This document shows, piece after piece, positions 12,371-26,577 of a stretch of 64,000 nucleotides of DNA. Made by a program: the position numbers and the translations under genes. Position 1 is the first letter of the stretch, and each line of letters opens with the position of its first letter. Source of the DNA: Balanoglossus misakiensis (Eukaryota > Animalia > Hemichordata); assembly GCA_040954595.2 (NCBI GenBank), contig CM082583.2, forward strand, positions 9,162,254 to 9,226,253, given 5' to 3'. The notes under the pieces are model-generated. The model ran no database searches. It worked only from the letters and a program-made list of their open reading frames with translations, and was not told the DNA's origin.

Positions 12371-15300
12371 TCCAAAAATGAGATTTTTCGACTTTGCGAA
12401 TTTTCAAAATTTGGTGATTTTTTGATAAAAACCATGGGTTATAGCTCAGGAAAATCTTCAAAAATCGACGATTTTTCGACTTTGCGAATTTTCAAAATTT
12501 GGTGATTTTTTGATAAAAACCATGGGTTATAGCTCAGGAAAATCTTCAAAAATCGACGATTTTTCGACTTTGCGAATTTTCAAAATTTGGTGATTTTTTG
12601 ATAAAAACCATGGGTTATAGCTCATGAAAATCATCCAGAAATGTCAATTTTTCGACTTTGCGAATTTTCGAAATTTCTTCGATTTTCGACAAAAACCATG
12701 GGTTATAGCTCATGAAAATCATCCAGAAATGTCAATTTTTCGACTTCGCGAAATTTCAAAATTTGGTGGTTTTTCGACAAAAACCATGAGTTATAGCTCA
12801 TGAAAATCATCCAGAAATGTCAATTTTTCGACTTCACGAAATTTCAAAATTTGGTGGTTTTTCGACAAAAACCATGGGTTATAGCTCATGAAAATCATCC
12901 AGAAATGTCAATTTTTTGACTTCGCGAAATTTCAAAATTTGGTGGTTTTTCGACAAAAACCATGGGTTATAGCTCATGAAAATCATCCAGAAATGTCAAT
13001 TTTTCGACTTCGCGAAATTTCAAAATTTGGTGGTTTTTCGACAAAAACCATGGGTTATAGCTCATGAAAATCATCCAGAAATGTCAATTTTTCGACTTCG
13101 CGAAATTTCAAAATTTGGTGGTTTTTCGACAAAACCATGGGTTATAGCTCATGAAAATCATCCAGAAATGTCAATTTTTCGATTTCGCGAAATTTCAAAA
13201 TTTGGTGGTTTTTCGACAAAAACCATGAGTTATAGCTCATGAAAATCATCCAGAAATGTCAATTTTTCGACTTTGCGAATTTTCAAAATTTCTTCGATTT
13301 TCGACAAAAACCATGGGTTATAGCTCATGAAAATCATCCAGAAATGTCAATTTTTCGACTTCGCGAAATTTCAAAATTTGGTGGTTTTTCGACAAAAACC
13401 ATGAGTTATAGCTCATGAAAATCATCCAGAAATGTCAATTTTTCGACTTCACGAAATTTCAAAATTTGGTGGTTTTTCGACAAAAACCATGGGTTATAGC
13501 TCATGAAAATCATCCAGAAATGTCAATTTTTCGACTTCGCGAAATTTCAAAATTTGGTGGTTTTTCGACAAAAACCATGGGTTATAGCTCATGAAAATCA
13601 TCCAGAAATGTCAATTTTTCGACTTCGCGAAATTTCAAAATTTGGTGGTTTTTCGACAAAAACCATGGGTTATAGCTCATGAAAATCATCCAGAAATGTC
13701 AATTTTTCGACTTCGCGAAATTTCAAAATTTGGTGGTTTTTCGACAAAAACCATGGGTTATAGCTCATGAAAATCATCCAGAAATGTCAATTTTTCGACT
13801 TCGCGAAATTTCAAAATTTGGTGGTTTTTCGACAAAAACCATGAGTTATAGCTCATGAAAATCATCCAGAAATGTCAATTTTTCGACTTCACGAAATTTC
13901 AAAATTTGGTGGTTTTTCGACAAAAACCATGGGTTATAGCTCATGAAAATCATCCAGAAATGTCAATTTTTCGACTTCGCGAAATTTCAAAATTTGGTGG
14001 ATTTTCGACAAAAACCATGGGTTATAGCTCATGAAAATCATCCAGAAATGTCAATTTTTCGACTTCGCGAAATTTCAAAATTTGGTGGTTTTTCGACAAA
14101 AACCATGGGTTATAGCTCATGAAAATCATCCAGAAATGTCAATTTTTCGACTTCGCGAAATTTCAAAATTTGGTGGTTTTTCGACAAAAACCATGGGTTA
14201 TAGCTCATGAAAATCATCCAGAAATGTCAATTTTTCGACTTCGCGAAATTTCAAAATTTGGTGGTTTTTCGACAAAAACCATGAGTTATAGCTCATGAAA
14301 ATCATCCAGAAATGTCAATTTTTCGACTTCGCGAAATTTCAAAATTTGGTGGTTTTTCGACAAAAACCATGGGTTATAGCTCATGAAAATCATCCAGAAA
14401 TGTCAATTTTTCGACTTCGCGAAATTTCAAAATTTGGTGGTTTTTCGACAAAAACCATGGGTTATAGCTCATGAAAATCATCCAGAAATGTCAATTTTTC
14501 GACTTCACGAAATTTCAAAATTTGGTGGTTTTTCGACAAAAACCATGGGTTATAGCTCATGAAAATCATCCAGAAATGTCAATTTTTCGACTTCGCGAAA
14601 TTTCAAAATTTGGTGGTTTTTCGACAAAAACCATGGGTTATAGCTCATGAAAATCATCCAGAAATGTCAATTTTTCGACTTCGCGAAATTTCAAAATTTG
14701 GTGATTTTTCGACAAAAACCATGGGTTATAGCTCAGGAAAATCTTCAAAAATCGACGATTTTTCGACTTTGCGAATTTTCAAAATTTGGTCATTTTTTGA
14801 TAAAAACCATGGGTTATAGCTCAGGAAAATCTTCAAAAATCGACGATTTTTCGACTTTGCGAATTTTCAAAATTTGGTGATTTTTTGATAAAAACCATGG
14901 GTTATAGCTCAGGAAAATCTTCAAAAATCGACGATTTTTCGACTTTGCGAATTTTCAAAATTTGGTGATTTTTTGATAAAAACCATGGGTTATAGCTCAG
15001 GAAAATCTTCAAAAATCGACGATTTTTCGACTTTGCGAATTTTCAAAATTTGGTGATTTTTTGATAAAAACCATGGGTTATAGCTCAGGAAAATCTTCAA
15101 AAATCGACGATTTTTCGACTTTGCGAATTTTCAAAATTTGGTGATTTTTTGATAAAAACCATGGGTTATAGCTCAGGAAAATCTTCAAAAATCGACGATT
15201 TTTCGACTTTGCGAATTTTCAAAATTTGGTGATTTTTTGATAAAAACCATGGGTTATAGCTCATGAAAATCATCCAGAAATGTCAATTTTTCGACTTCAC

Positions 15301-18300
15301 GAAATTTCAAAATTTGGTGGTTTTTCGACAAAAACCATGGGTTATAGCTCATGAAAATCATCCAGAAATGTCAATTTTTCGACTTCACGAAATTTCAAAA
15401 TTTGGTGGTTTTTCGACAAAAACCATGGGTTATAGCTCATGAAAATCATCCAGTAATGTCAATTTTTCGACTTCGCGAAATTTCAAAATTTGGTGGTTTT
15501 TCGACAAAAACCATGGGTTATAGCTCATGAAAATCATCCAGAAATGTCAATTTTTCGACTTCGCGAAATTTCAAAATTTGGTGATTTTTCGACAAAAACC
15601 ATGGGTTATAGCTAAGGAAAATCTTCAAAAATCGACGATTTTTCGACTTTGCGAATTTTCAAAATTTGGTGATTTTTTGATAAAAACCATGGGTTATAGC
15701 TCAGGAAAATCTTCAAAAATCGACGATTTTTCGACTTTGCGAATTTTCAAAATTTGGTGATTTTTTGATAAAAACCATGGGTTATAGCTCAGGAAAATCT
15801 TCAAAAATCGACGATTTTTCGACTTTGCGAATTTTCAAAATTTGGTGATTTTTTGATAAAAACCATGGGTTATAGCTCAGGAAAATCTTCAAAAATCGAC
15901 GATTTTTCGACTTCGCGAATTTTCAAAATTTGGTGATTTTTAAATTTGGTGATTTTTTGATAAAAACCATGGGTTATAGCTCAGGAAAATCTTCAAAAAT
16001 CGACGATTTTTCGACTTTGCGAATTTTCAAAATTTGGTGATTTTTTGATAAAAACCATGGGTTATAGCTCAGGAAAATCTTCAAAAATCGACGATTTTTC
16101 GACTTTGCGAATTTTCAAAATTTGGTGATTTTTTGATAAAAACCATGGGTTATAGCTCAGGAAAATCTTCAAAAATCGACGATTTTTCGACTTTGCGAAT
16201 TTTCAAAATTTGGTGATTTTTTGATAAAAACCATGGGTTATAGCTCGGGAAAATCTTCAAAAATCGACGATTTTTCGACTTTGCGAATTTTCAAAATTTG
16301 GTGATTTTTTGATAAAAACCATGGGTTATAGCTCAGGAAAATCTTCAAAAATCGACGATTTTTCGACTTTGCGAATTTTCAAAATTTGGTGATTTTTTGA
16401 TAAAAACCATGGGTTATAGCTCATGAAAATCATCCAGAAATGTCAATTTTTCGACTTCGCGAAATTTCAAAATTTGGTGGTTTTTCGACAAAAACCATGG
16501 GTTATAGCTCATGAAAATCATCCAGAAATGTCAATTTTTCGACTTCGCGAAATTTCAAAATTTGGTGGTTTTTCGACAAAAACTATGGGTTATAGCTCAT
16601 GAAAATCATCCAGAAATGTCAATTTTTCGACTTCGCGAAATTTCAAAATTTGGTGGTTTTTCGACAAAAACCATGAGTTATAGCTCATGAAAATCATCCA
16701 GAAATGTCAATTTTTCGACTTCGCGAAATTTCAAAATTTGGTGGTTTTTCGACAAAAACCATGGGTTATAGCTCATGAAAATCATCCAGAAATGTCAATT
16801 TTTCGACTTCGCGAAATTTCAAAATTTGGTGGTTTTTCGACAAAAACCATGAGTTATAGCTCATGAAAATCATCCAGAAATGTCAATTTTTCGACTTCGC
16901 GAAATTTCAAAATTTGGTGGTTTTTCGACAAAAACCATGGGTTATAGCTCATGAAAATCATCCAGAAATGTCAATTTTTCGACTTCGCGAAATTTCAAAA
17001 TTTGGTGGTTTTTCGACAAAAACCATGGGTTATAGCTCATGAAAATCATCCAGAAATGTCAATTTTTCGACTTCGCGAAATTTCAAAATTTGGTGGTTTT
17101 TCGACAAAAACCATGAGTTATAGCTCATGAAAATCATCCAGAAATGTCAATTTTTCGACTTCGCGAAATTTCAAAATTTGGTGGTTTTTCGACAAAAACC
17201 ATGGGTTATAGCTCATGAAAATCATCCAGAAATGTCAATTTTTCGACTTCGCGAAATTTCAAAATTTGGTGGTTTTTCGACAAAAACCATGGGTTATAGC
17301 TCATGAAAATCATCCAGAAATGTCAATTTTTCGACTTCGCGAAATTTCAAAATTTGGTGGTTTTTCGACAAAAACCATGGGTTATAGCTCATGAAAATCA
17401 TCCAGAAATGTCAATTTTTCGACTTCGCGAAATTTCAAAATTTGGTGGTTTTTCGACAAAAACCATGGGTTATAGCTCATGAAAATCATCCAGAAATGTC
17501 AATTTTTCGACTTCGCGAAATTTCAAAATTTGGTGGTTTTTCGACAAAAACCATGAGTTATAGCTCATGAAAATCATCCAGAAATGTCAATTTTTCGACT
17601 TCGCGAAATTTCAAAATTTGGTGGTTTTTCGACAAAAACCATGGGTTATAGCTCATGAAAATCATCCAGAAATGTCAATTTTTCGACTTCGCGAAATTTC
17701 AAAATTTGGTGGTTTTTCGACAAAAACCATGAGTTATAGCTCATGAAAATCATCCAGAAATGTCAATTTTTCGACTTCGCGAAATTTCAAAATTTGGTGG
17801 TTTTTCGACAAAAACCATGGGTTATAGCTCATGAAAATCATCCAGAAATGTCAATTTTTCGACTTCGCGAAATTTCAAAATTTGGTGGTTTTTCGACAAA
17901 AACCATGAGTTATAGCTCATGAAAATCATCCAGAAATGTCAATTTTTCGACTTCACGAAATTTCAAAATTTGGTGGTTTTTCGACAAAAACCATGGGTTA
18001 TAGCTCATGAAAATCATCAAGAAATGTCAATTTTTCGACTTCGCGAAATTTCACAATTTGGTGATTTTTCGACAAAAACCATGGGTTATAGCTCAGGAAA
18101 ATCTTCAAAAATCGACGATTTTTCGACTTTGCGAATTTTCAAAATTTGGTGATTTTTTGATAAAAACCATGGGTTATAGCTCAGGAAAATCTTCAAAAAT
18201 CGACGATTTTTCGACTTTGCGAATTTTCAAAATTTTGTGATTTTTTGATAAAAACCATGGGTTATAGCTCAGGAAAATCTTCAAAAATCGACGATTTTTC

Positions 18301-21300
18301 GACTTTGCGAATTTTCAAAATTTGGTGATTTTTTGATAAAAACCATGGGTTATAGCTCAGGAAAATCTTCAAAAATCGACGATTTTTCGACTTTGCGAAT
18401 TTTCAAAATTTGGTGATTTTTTGATAAAAACCATGGGTTATAGCTCAGGAAAATCTTCAAAAATCGACGATTTTTCGACTTTGCGAATTTTCAAAATTTG
18501 GTGATTTTTTGATAAAAACCATGGGTTATAGCTCAGGAAAATCTTCAAAAATCGACGATTTTTCGACTTTGCGAATTTTCAAAATTTGGTGATTTTTTGA
18601 TAAAAACCATGGGTTATAGCTCAGGATAATCTTCAAAAATCGACGATTTTTCGATTTTGCGAATTTTCAAAATTTGGTGATTTTTTGATAAAAACCATGG
18701 GTTATAGCTCAGGAAAATCTTCAAAAATCGACGATTTTTCGACTTTGCGAATTTTCAAAATTTGGTGATTTTTTGATAAAAACCATGGGTTATAGCTCGG
18801 GAAAATCTTCAAAAATCAACGATTTTTCGACTTTGCGAATTTTCAAAATTTGGTGATTTTTTGATAAAAACCATGGGTTATAGCTCAGGAAAATCTTCAA
18901 AAATCGACGATTTTTCGACTTTGCGAATTTTCAAAATTTGGTGATTTTTTGATAAAAACCATGGGTTATAGCTCATGAAAATCATCCAGAAATGTCAATT
19001 TTTCGACTTCGCGAAATTTCAAAATTTGGTGGTTTTTCGACAAAAACCATGAGTTATAGCTCATGAAAATCATCCAGAAATGTCAATTTTTCGACTTCGC
19101 GAAATTTCAAAATTTGGTGGTTTTTCGACAAAAACCATGGGTTATAGCTCATGAAAATCATCCAGAAATGTCAATTTTTCGACTTCGCGAAATTTCAAAA
19201 TTTGGTGGTTTTTCGACAAAAACCATGAGTTATAGCTCATGAAAATCATCCAGAAATGTCAATTTTTCGACTTCGCGAAATTTCAAAATTTGGTGGTTTT
19301 TCGACAAAAACCATGGGTTATAGCTCATGAAAATCATCCAGAAATGTCAATTTTTCGACTTCGCGAAATTTCAAAATTTGGTGGTTTTTCGACAAAAACC
19401 ATGGGTTATAGCTCATGAAAATCATCCAGAAATGTCAATTTTTCGACTTCGCGAAATTTCAAAATTTGGTGGTTTTTCGACAAAAACCATGAGTTATAGC
19501 TCATGAAAATCATCCAGAAATGTCAATTTTTCGACTTCGCGAAATTTCAAAATTTGGTGGTTTTTCGACAAAAACCATGGGTTATAGCTCATGAAAATCA
19601 TCCAGAAATGTCAATTTTTCGACTTCGCGAAATTTCAAAATTTGGTGGTTTTTCGACAAAAACCATGAGTTATAGCTCATGAAAATCATCCAGAAATGTC
19701 AATTTTTCGACTTCGCGAAATTTCAAAATTTGGTGGTTTTTCGACAAAAACCATGGGTTATAGCTCATGAAAATCATCCAGAAATGTCAATTTTTCGACT
19801 TCGCGAAATTTCAAAATTTGGTGGTTTTTCGACAAAAACCATGGGTTATAGCTCATGAAAATCATCCAGAAATGTCAATTTTTCGACTTCGCGAAATTTC
19901 AAAATTTGGTGGTTTTTCGACAAAAACCATGGGTTATAGCTCATGAAAATCATCCAGAAATGTCAATTTTTCGACTTCGCGAAATTTCAAAATTTGGTGG
20001 TTTTTCGACAAAAAACATGGGTTATAGCTCATGAAAATCATCCAGAAATGTCAATTTTTCGACTTCGCGAAATTTCAAAATTTGGTGGTTTTTCGACAAA
20101 AACCATGGGTTATAGCTCATGAAAATCATCCAGAAATGTCAATTTTTCGACTTCGCGAAATTTCAAAATTTGGTGGTTTTTCGACAAAAACCATGAGTTA
20201 TAGCTCATGAAAATCATCCAGAAATGTCAATTTTTCGACTTCGCGAAATTTCAAAATTTGGTGGTTTTTCGACAAAAACCATGGGTTATAGCTCATGAAA
20301 ATCATCCAGAAATGTCAATTTTTCGACTTCGCGAAATTTCAAAATTTGGTGGTTTTTCGACAAAAACCATGGGTTATAGCTCATGAAAATCATCCAGAAA
20401 TGTCAATTTTTCGACTTCGCGAAATTTCAAAATTTGGTGGTTTTTCGACAAAAACCATGAGTTATAGCTCATGAAAATCATCCAGAAATGTCAATTTTTC
20501 GACTTCGCGAAATTTCAAAATTTGGTGGTTTTTCGACAAAAACCATGGGTTATAGCTCAGGAAAATTTTCAAAAATCGACGATTTTTCGACTTTGCGAAT
20601 TTTCAAAATTTGGTGATTTTTTGATAAAAACCATGGGTTATAGCTCAGGAAAATCTTCAAAAATCGACGATTTTTCGACTTTGCGAATTTTCAAAATTTG
20701 GTGATTTTTTGATAAAAACCATGGGTTATAGCTCATGAAAATCATCCAGAAATGTCAATTTTTCGACTTCGCGAAATTTCAAAATTTGGTGGTTTTTCGA
20801 CAAAAACCATGGGTTATAGCTCATGAAAATCATCAAGAAATGTCAATTTTTCGACTTCGCGAAATTTCAAAATTTGGTGATTTTTCGACAAAAACCATGG
20901 GTTATAGCTCAGGAAAATCTTCAAAAATCGACGATTTTTCGACTTTGCGAATTTTCAAAATTTGGTGATTTTTTGATAAAAACCATGGGTTATAGCTCAG
21001 GAAAATCTTCAAAAATCGACGATTTTTCGACTTTGCGAATTTTCAAAATTTTGTGATTTTTTGATAAAAACCATGGGTTATAGCTCAGGAAAATCTTCAA
21101 AAATCGACGATTTTTCGACTTTGCGAATTTTCAAAATTTGGTGATTTTTTGATAAAAACCATGGGTTATAGCTCAGGAAAATCTTCAAAAATCGACGATT
21201 TTTCGACTTTGCGAATTTTCAAAATTTGGTGATTTTTTGATAAAAACCATGGGTTATAGCTCAGGAAAATCTTCAAAAATCGACGATTTTTCGACTTTGC

Positions 21301-24300
21301 GAATTTTCAAAATTTGGTGATTTTTTGATAAAAACCATGGGTTATAGCTCAGGAAAATCTTCAAAAATCGACGATTTTTCGACTTTGCGAATTTTCAAAA
21401 TTTGGTGATTTTTTGATAAAAACCATGGGTTATAGCTCAGGATAATCTTCAAAAATCGACGATTTTTCGATTTTGCGAATTTTCAAAATTTGGTGATTTT
21501 TTGATAAAAACCATGGGTTATAGCTCAGGAAAATCTTCAAAAATCGACGATTTTTCGACTTTGCGAATTTTCAAAATTTGGTGATTTTTTGATAAAAACC
21601 ATGGGTTATAGCTCGGGAAAATCTTCAAAAATCAACGATTTTTCGACTTTGCGAATTTTCAAAATTTGGTGATTTTTTGATAAAAACCATGGGTTATAGC
21701 TCAGGAAAATCTTCAAAAATCGACGATTTTTCGACTTTGCGAATTTTCAAAATTTGGTGATTTTTTGATAAAAACCATGGGTTATAGCTCATGAAAATCA
21801 TCCAGAAATGTCAATTTTTCGACTTCGCGAAATTTCAAAATTTGGTGGTTTTTCGACAAAAACCATGAGTTATAGCTCATGAAAATCATCCAGAAATGTC
21901 AATTTTTCGACTTCGCGAAATTTCAAAATTTGGTGGTTTTTCGACAAAAACCATGGGTTATAGCTCATGAAAATCATCCAGAAATGTCAATTTTTCGACT
22001 TCGCGAAATTTCAAAATTTGGTGGTTTTTCGACAAAAACCATGAGTTATAGCTCATGAAAATCATCCAGAAATGTCAATTTTTCGACTTCGCGAAATTTC
22101 AAAATTTGGTGGTTTTTCGACAAAAACCATGGGTTATAGCTCATGAAAATCATCCAGAAATGTCAATTTTTCGACTTCGCGAAATTTCAAAATTTGGTGG
22201 TTTTTCGACAAAAACCATGGGTTATAGCTCATGAAAATCATCCAGAAATGTCAATTTTTCGACTTCGCGAAATTTCAAAATTTGGTGGTTTTTCGACAAA
22301 AACCATGAGTTATAGCTCATGAAAATCATCCAGAAATGTCAATTTTTCGACTTCGCGAAATTTCAAAATTTGGTGGTTTTTCGACAAAAACCATGGGTTA
22401 TAGCTCATGAAAATCATCCAGAAATGTCAATTTTTCGACTTCGCGAAATTTCAAAATTTGGTGGTTTTTCGACAAAAACCATGGGTTATAGCTCATGAAA
22501 ATCATCCAGAAATGTCAATTTTTCGACTTCGCGAAATTTCAAAATTTGGTGGTTTTTCGACAAAAACCATGGGTTATAGCTCATGAAAATCATCCAGAAA
22601 TGTCAATTTTTCGACTTCGCGAAATTTCAAAATTTGGTGGTTTTTCGACAAAAAACATGGGTTATAGCTCATGAAAATCATCCAGAAATGTCAATTTTTC
22701 GACTTCGCGAAATTTCAAAATTTGGTGGTTTTTCGACAAAAACCATGGGTTATAGCTCATGAAAATCATCCAGAAATGTCAATTTTTCGACTTCGCGAAA
22801 TTTCAAAATTTGGTGGTTTTTCGACAAAAACCATGAGTTATAGCTCATGAAAATCATCAAGAAATGTCAATTTTTCGACTTCGCGAAATTTCAAAATTTG
22901 GTGATTTTTCGACAAAAACCATGGGTTATAGCTCAGGAAAATCTTCAAAAATCGACGATTTTTCGACTTTGCGAATTTTCAAAATTTGGTGATTTTTTGA
23001 TAAAAACCATGGGTTATAGCTCAGGAAAATCTTCAAAAATCGACGATTTTTCGACTTTGCGAATTTTCAAAATTTTGTGATTTTTTGATAAAAACCATGG
23101 GTTATAGCTCAGGAAAATCTTCAAAAATCGACGATTTTTCGACTTTGCGAATTTTCAAAATTTGGTGATTTTTTGATAAAAACCATGGGTTATAGCTCAG
23201 GAAAATCTTCAAAAATCGACGATTTTTCGACTTTGCGAATTTTCAAAATTTGGTGATTTTTTGATAAAAACCATGGGTTATAGCTCAGGAAAATCTTCAA
23301 AAATCGACGATTTTTCGACTTTGCGAATTTTCAAAATTTGGTGATTTTTTGATAAAAACCATGGGTTATAGCTCAGGAAAATCTTCAAAAATCGACGATT
23401 TTTCGACTTTGCGAATTTTCAAAATTTGGTGATTTTTTGATAAAAACCATGGGTTATAGCTCAGGATAATCTTCAAAAATCGACGATTTTTCGATTTTGC
23501 GAATTTTCAAAATTTGGTGATTTTTTGATAAAAACCATGGGTTATAGCTCAGGAAAATCTTCAAAAATCGACGATTTTTCGACTTTGCGAATTTTCAAAA
23601 TTTGGTGATTTTTTGATAAAAACCATGGGTTATAGCTCGGGAAAATCTTCAAAAATCAACGATTTTTCGACTTTGCGAATTTTCAAAATTTGGTGATTTT
23701 TTGATAAAAACCATGGGTTATAGCTCAGGAAAATCTTCAAAAATCGACGATTTTTCGACTTTGCGAATTTTCAAAATTTGGTGATTTTTTGATAAAAACC
23801 ATGGGTTATAGCTCATGAAAATCATCCAGAAATGTCAATTTTTCGACTTCGCGAAATTTCAAAATTTGGTGGTTTTTCGACAAAAACCATGAGTTATAGC
23901 TCATGAAAATCATCCAGAAATGTCAATTTTTCGACTTCGCGAAATTTCAAAATTTGGTGGTTTTTCGACAAAAACCATGGGTTATAGCTCATGAAAATCA
24001 TCCAGAAATGTCAATTTTTCGACTTCGCGAAATTTCAAAATTTGGTGGTTTTTCGACAAAAACCATGAGTTATAGCTCATGAAAATCATCCAGAAATGTC
24101 AATTTTTCGACTTCGCGAAATTTCAAAATTTGGTGGTTTTTCGACAAAAACCATGGGTTATAGCTCATGAAAATCATCCAGAAATGTCAATTTTTCGACT
24201 TCGCGAAATTTCAAAATTTGGTGGTTTTTCGACAAAAACCATGGGTTATAGCTCATGAAAATCATCCAGAAATGTCAATTTTTCGACTTCGCGAAATTTC

Positions 24301-26577
24301 AAAATTTGGTGGTTTTTCGACAAAAACCATGAGTTATAGCTCATGAAAATCATCCAGAAATGTCAATTTTTCGACTTCGCGAAATTTCAAAATTTGGTGG
24401 TTTTTCGACAAAAACCATGGGTTATAGCTCATGAAAATCATCCAGAAATGTCAATTTTTCGACTTCGCGAAATTTCAAAATTTGGTGGTTTTTCGACAAA
24501 AACCATGGGTTATAGCTCATGAAAATCATCCAGAAATGTCAATTTTTCGACTTCGCGAAATTTCAAAATTTGGTGGTTTTTCGACAAAAACCATGGGTTA
24601 TAGCTCATGAAAATCATCCAGAAATGTCAATTTTTCGACTTCGCGAAATTTCAAAATTTGGTGGTTTTTCGACAAAAAACATGGGTTATAGCTCATGAAA
24701 ATCATCCAGAAATGTCAATTTTTCGACTTCGCGAAATTTCAAAATTTGGTGGTTTTTCGACAAAAACCATGGGTTATAGCTCATGAAAATCATCCAGAAA
24801 TGTCAATTTTTCGACTTCGCGAAATTTCAAAATTTGGTGGTTTTTCGACAAAAACCATGAGTTATAGCTCATGAAAATCATCCAGAAATGTCAATTTTTC
24901 GACTTCGCGAAATTTCAAAATTTGGTGGTTTTTCGACAAAAACCATGGGTTATAGCTCATGAAAATCATCCAGAAATGTCAATTTTTCGACTTCGCGAAA
25001 TTTCAAAATTTGGTGGTTTTTCGACAAAAACCATGGGTTATAGCTCATGAAAATCATCCAGAAATGTCAATTTTTCGACTTCGCGAAATTTCAAAATTTG
25101 GTGGTTTTTCGACAAAAACCATGAGTTATAGCTCATGAAAATCATCCAGAAATGTCAATTTTTCGACTTCGCGAAATTTCAAAATTTGGTGGTTTTTCGA
25201 CAAAAACCATGGGTTATAGCTCATGAAAATCATCCAGAAATGTCAATTTTTCGACTTCGCGAAATTTCAAAATTTGGTGGTTTTTCGACAAAAACCATGG
25301 GTTATAGCTCATGAAAATCATCCAGAAATGTCAAATTTTCGACTTCGCGAAATTTCAAAATTTGGTGGTTTTTCGACAAAAACCATGAGTTATAGCTCAT
25401 GAAAATCATCCAGAAATGTCAATTTTTCGACTTCACGAAATTTCAAAATTTGGTGGTTTTTCGACAAAAACCATGGGTTATAGCTCATGAAAATCATCCA
25501 GAAATGTCAATTTTTCGACTTCGCGAAATTTCAAAATTTGGTGATTTTTCGACAAAAACCATGGGTTATAGCTCAGGAAAATCTTCAAAAATCGACGATT
25601 TTTCGACTTTGCGAATTTTCAAAATTTGGTGATTTTTTGATAAAAACCATGGGTTATAGCTCAGGAAAATCTTCAAAAATCGACGATTTTTCGACTTTGC
25701 GAATTTTCAAAATTTTGTGATTTTTTGATAAAAACCATGGGTTATAGCTCAGGAAAATCTTCAAAAATCGACGATTTTTCGACTTTGCGAATTTTCAAAA
25801 TTTGTTGATTTTTTGATAAAAACCATGGGTTATAGCTCAGGATAATCTTCAAAAATCGACGATTTTTCGATTTTGCGAATTTTCAAAATTTGGTGATTTT
25901 TTGATAAAAACCATGGGTTATAGCTCAGGAAAATCTTCAAAAATCGACGATTTTTCGACTTTGCGAATTTTCAAAATTTGGTGATTTTTTGATAAAAACC
26001 ATGGGTTATAGCTCAGGATAATCTTCAAAAATCGACGATTTTTCGATTTTGCGAATTTTCAAAATTTGGTGATTTTTTGATAAAAACCATGGGTTATAGC
26101 TCAGGAAAATCTTCAAAAATCGACGATTTTTCGACTTTGCGAATTTTCAAAATTTGGTGATTTTTTGATAAAAACCATGGGTTATAGCTCAGGAAAATCT
26201 TCAAAAATCGACGATTTTTCGACTTTGCGAATTTTCAAATTTTGGTGATTTTTTGATAAAAACCATGGGTTATAGCTCAGGAAAATCTTCAAAAATCGAC
26301 GATTTTTTGACTTTGCGAATTTTCAAAATTTGGTGATTTTTTGATAAAAACCATGGGTTATAGCTCAGGAAAATCTTCAAAAATCGACGATTTTTCGACT
26401 TTGCGAATTTTCAAAATTTGGTGATTTTTTGATAAAAACCATGGGTTATAGCTCAGGAAAATCTTCAAAAATCGACGATTTTTCGACTTTGCAAATTTTC
26501 AAAATTTGGTGATTTTTTGATTAAAACCATGGGTTATAGCTCATGAAAATCATCAAAAAATGACAATTTTTCGACTT
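12364..26577 (-). repeat. Right arm of the 88-bp satellite (~160 monomers, reverse-complement orientation)
   Basis: All monomers read ...CCATGGGTTATAGCTC... on +. The same repeat-derived ORFs switch to the plus strand from 12976. Confidence 0.98.

Larger units (their letters stand above)
1..26577. repeat. 88-bp tandem satellite, ~300 monomers, two variants (A and B), internally inverted at ~12367; continues past the left edge
   Basis: GAGCTATAACCCATGG recurs every 88 bp (e.g. 24, 112, 200). A = GAGCTATAACCCATGGTTTTTATCAAAAAATCACCAAATTTTGAAAATTCGCAAAGTCGAAAAATCGTCGATTTTTGAAGATTTTCCT. B = GAGCTATAACCCATGGTTTTTGTCGAAAAACCACCAAATTTTGAAATTTCGCGAAGTCGAAAAATTGACATTTCTGGATGATTTTCAT. They differ at 13 of 88 positions. 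Last monomer-like bases end at TCGACTT 26577. Confidence 0.99.

Noticed and set aside
3226-25720. Many 64-88 aa ORFs (MKIIQKCQFFDFAKFQ...) in the satellite
   Set aside because: They are by-products of translating an 88-bp unit through its frames, appear mostly at A/B block boundaries, and switch strand at the inversion.
1-26577. CRISPR-like array
   Set aside because: There are no unique spacers and no cas genes; the context is a spliced eukaryotic locus.
1-26577. Interstitial telomere or chromosome-fusion site (TAACCC/GGGTTA in each monomer, inverted arrangement)
   Set aside because: Only one hexamer per 88 bp and no (TTAGGG)n run, including at the junction.
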